From: Bugula neritina | Lineage: Eukaryota; Animalia; Bryozoa | Assembly (NCBI GenBank): GCA_964035545.1 | Contig: OZ037766.1 | Coordinates: forward strand, 26,564,343 to 26,628,342 | Direction: 5' to 3' | Length of the DNA: 64,000 nt | Shown: positions 62,832 through 64,000 of the stretch, one piece after another | Position numbering within the stretch: position 1 is the stretch's first letter | How the letters are laid out: each line of letters starts with the position of its first letter | Made by a program: the position numbers and the translations under genes | Notes under the pieces: generated by a model | What the model saw: the letters and a program-made list of their open reading frames with translations, nothing else | Database searches by the model: none | Told to the model about the DNA's origin: nothing

Positions 62832-63623
62832 CTAAGTGGGACTAGGTTCAGATTGATTTTGAGATGCCACTATCTTCTGCATCTGGATTTCTTGTTCTCT
62901 AAGCAAGTTGTCTTGTTTTTTAGCTTGAAGTTCCGAGAAAATAACCATTAGTCTATTGTTTGACTGTAGATGTTTCCAGAAACAGTTGTGTGTGCACATC
63001 GCCTGAAATAAAATTTAATTTAGAAATTTTGTTAGTTTTTAAAAAACTCCACATGAATTATATATGCAAGATATTATTTTCATGAACAACACAACTTGAT
63101 AAAACTTTACTGAGATTAGAAAAAACCTAGCATATTATCATTCACCCGTTATCATTACACAAAAGCTCTTTCTTAAATATAATTTGATGATTACAACTTA
63201 CTTCGGAGTTGTTCAACTTTCTTTGATTCATATCGTAGACACAAGAGTTGAAACAGTTCTCGGTAATTCTGTTGTACATCATCATAAGGTCTCGAAACTA
63301 CAAACAAAGCCTTTATTTTAGATTAAAACTTCTCTTTTATAGTACAAGTAAACAGTTGCATAAAAAAACTTTAGTACATTAACAATGCAAGTTCCTAAAA
63401 ATTCAAGATACAGGCTGGCAAGAAAGAACTTGCAGTTGAGATTTTAATATAATTATGCTGTTCTTAGGAAATCTTTATGTATTTGCATTCGACAGAAACT
63501 TTTTGAAAAACTTCAATTATTAATTCAATATTTGAATTTCAGCTCCACTAACAAAAACTTGAAGTTTAAAACTTTGGTATTGATTTATCAAAAAAGAAAA
63601 CTTACTTGAGTAGCATGATCCAT
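62832..63623 (-). CDS. TIMM10B: Mitochondrial small Tim chaperone Tim10B/Tim9b, 94 aa
   Basis: Exons 63606-63623, 63202-63297 and 62832-63002. MDHATQ-FRDLMMMYNRITENCFNSCVYDMNQRKLNNSE-AMCTHNCFWKHLQSNNRLMVIFSELQ...PSPT*. Twin CX3C motif; SNxRLM favours TIMM10B over TIMM9. Absent from the ORF track. Confidence 0.85.
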
Positions 63624-64000
63624 GGTGATGTAATTTTAGAGTTTTTTTATAATCTGCCTTGAATAATACTGTGAATTATCTGAAAACAAACAAAGTATTT
63701 AGATGTAAAGTAAACAATTACAATACAATAATCGAATACTGTTGGGTAAATATTTATTGCCATAGTTCTCCACTAACTCGTGCAAAAAATTGGCTCTTTG
63801 AAAGAGCCAACCTCAAATGGTAGGAAACAGCCATGATCATCTAAATTACTTCAATGATTAGTCATTAAACCAAACATTTTCAATTCACATCAAAATTAAA
63901 TTAGTTAATCTATACACCGACAAATATATTTTTATTCCAACAATGACAAGCTCTTTAGAGACTTTAATTCTCACCCTAGCTAGTCACTTAGATAAAAAAT

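Overview
AT-rich, intron-rich animal (invertebrate-like) genomic DNA; I cannot fix the species from sequence alone. Most ORF-track entries are single exons or repeat read-through, so genes were rebuilt by hand from splice sites. Conserved genes: importin-5 (IPO5, about 25 exons, minus), a Sulfotransfer_2 carbohydrate sulfotransferase, an NDUFC2-like complex I subunit, DDRGK1 and TIMM10B. Less ordinary genes: a 299-aa RhoGAP-domain protein whose arginine finger appears to be Thr, and an intronless 533-aa protein that looks like tandem scramblase/tubby-fold domains. The main find is not in the ORF track. A three-copy tandem duplication (about 29.6-41.9 kb) carries in each unit a small two-coding-exon gene for a secreted, cationic 38-residue peptide with only four cysteines in CxxxC...CxC spacing, i.e. 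a putative two-disulfide CS-alpha-beta (cis-defensin-like) family. The signal peptides are nearly invariant, the mature peptides are hypervariable with almost only amino-acid-changing substitutions, and one copy has lost its stop codon. The window also holds TA-, TTA/TAA- and 8-bp-TSD MITEs (two with empty sites visible in the paralogous units), tRNA-derived SINEs, a decayed Penelope-like GIY-YIG element, and many intron-private minisatellites, two of which duplicate IPO5 splice sites.
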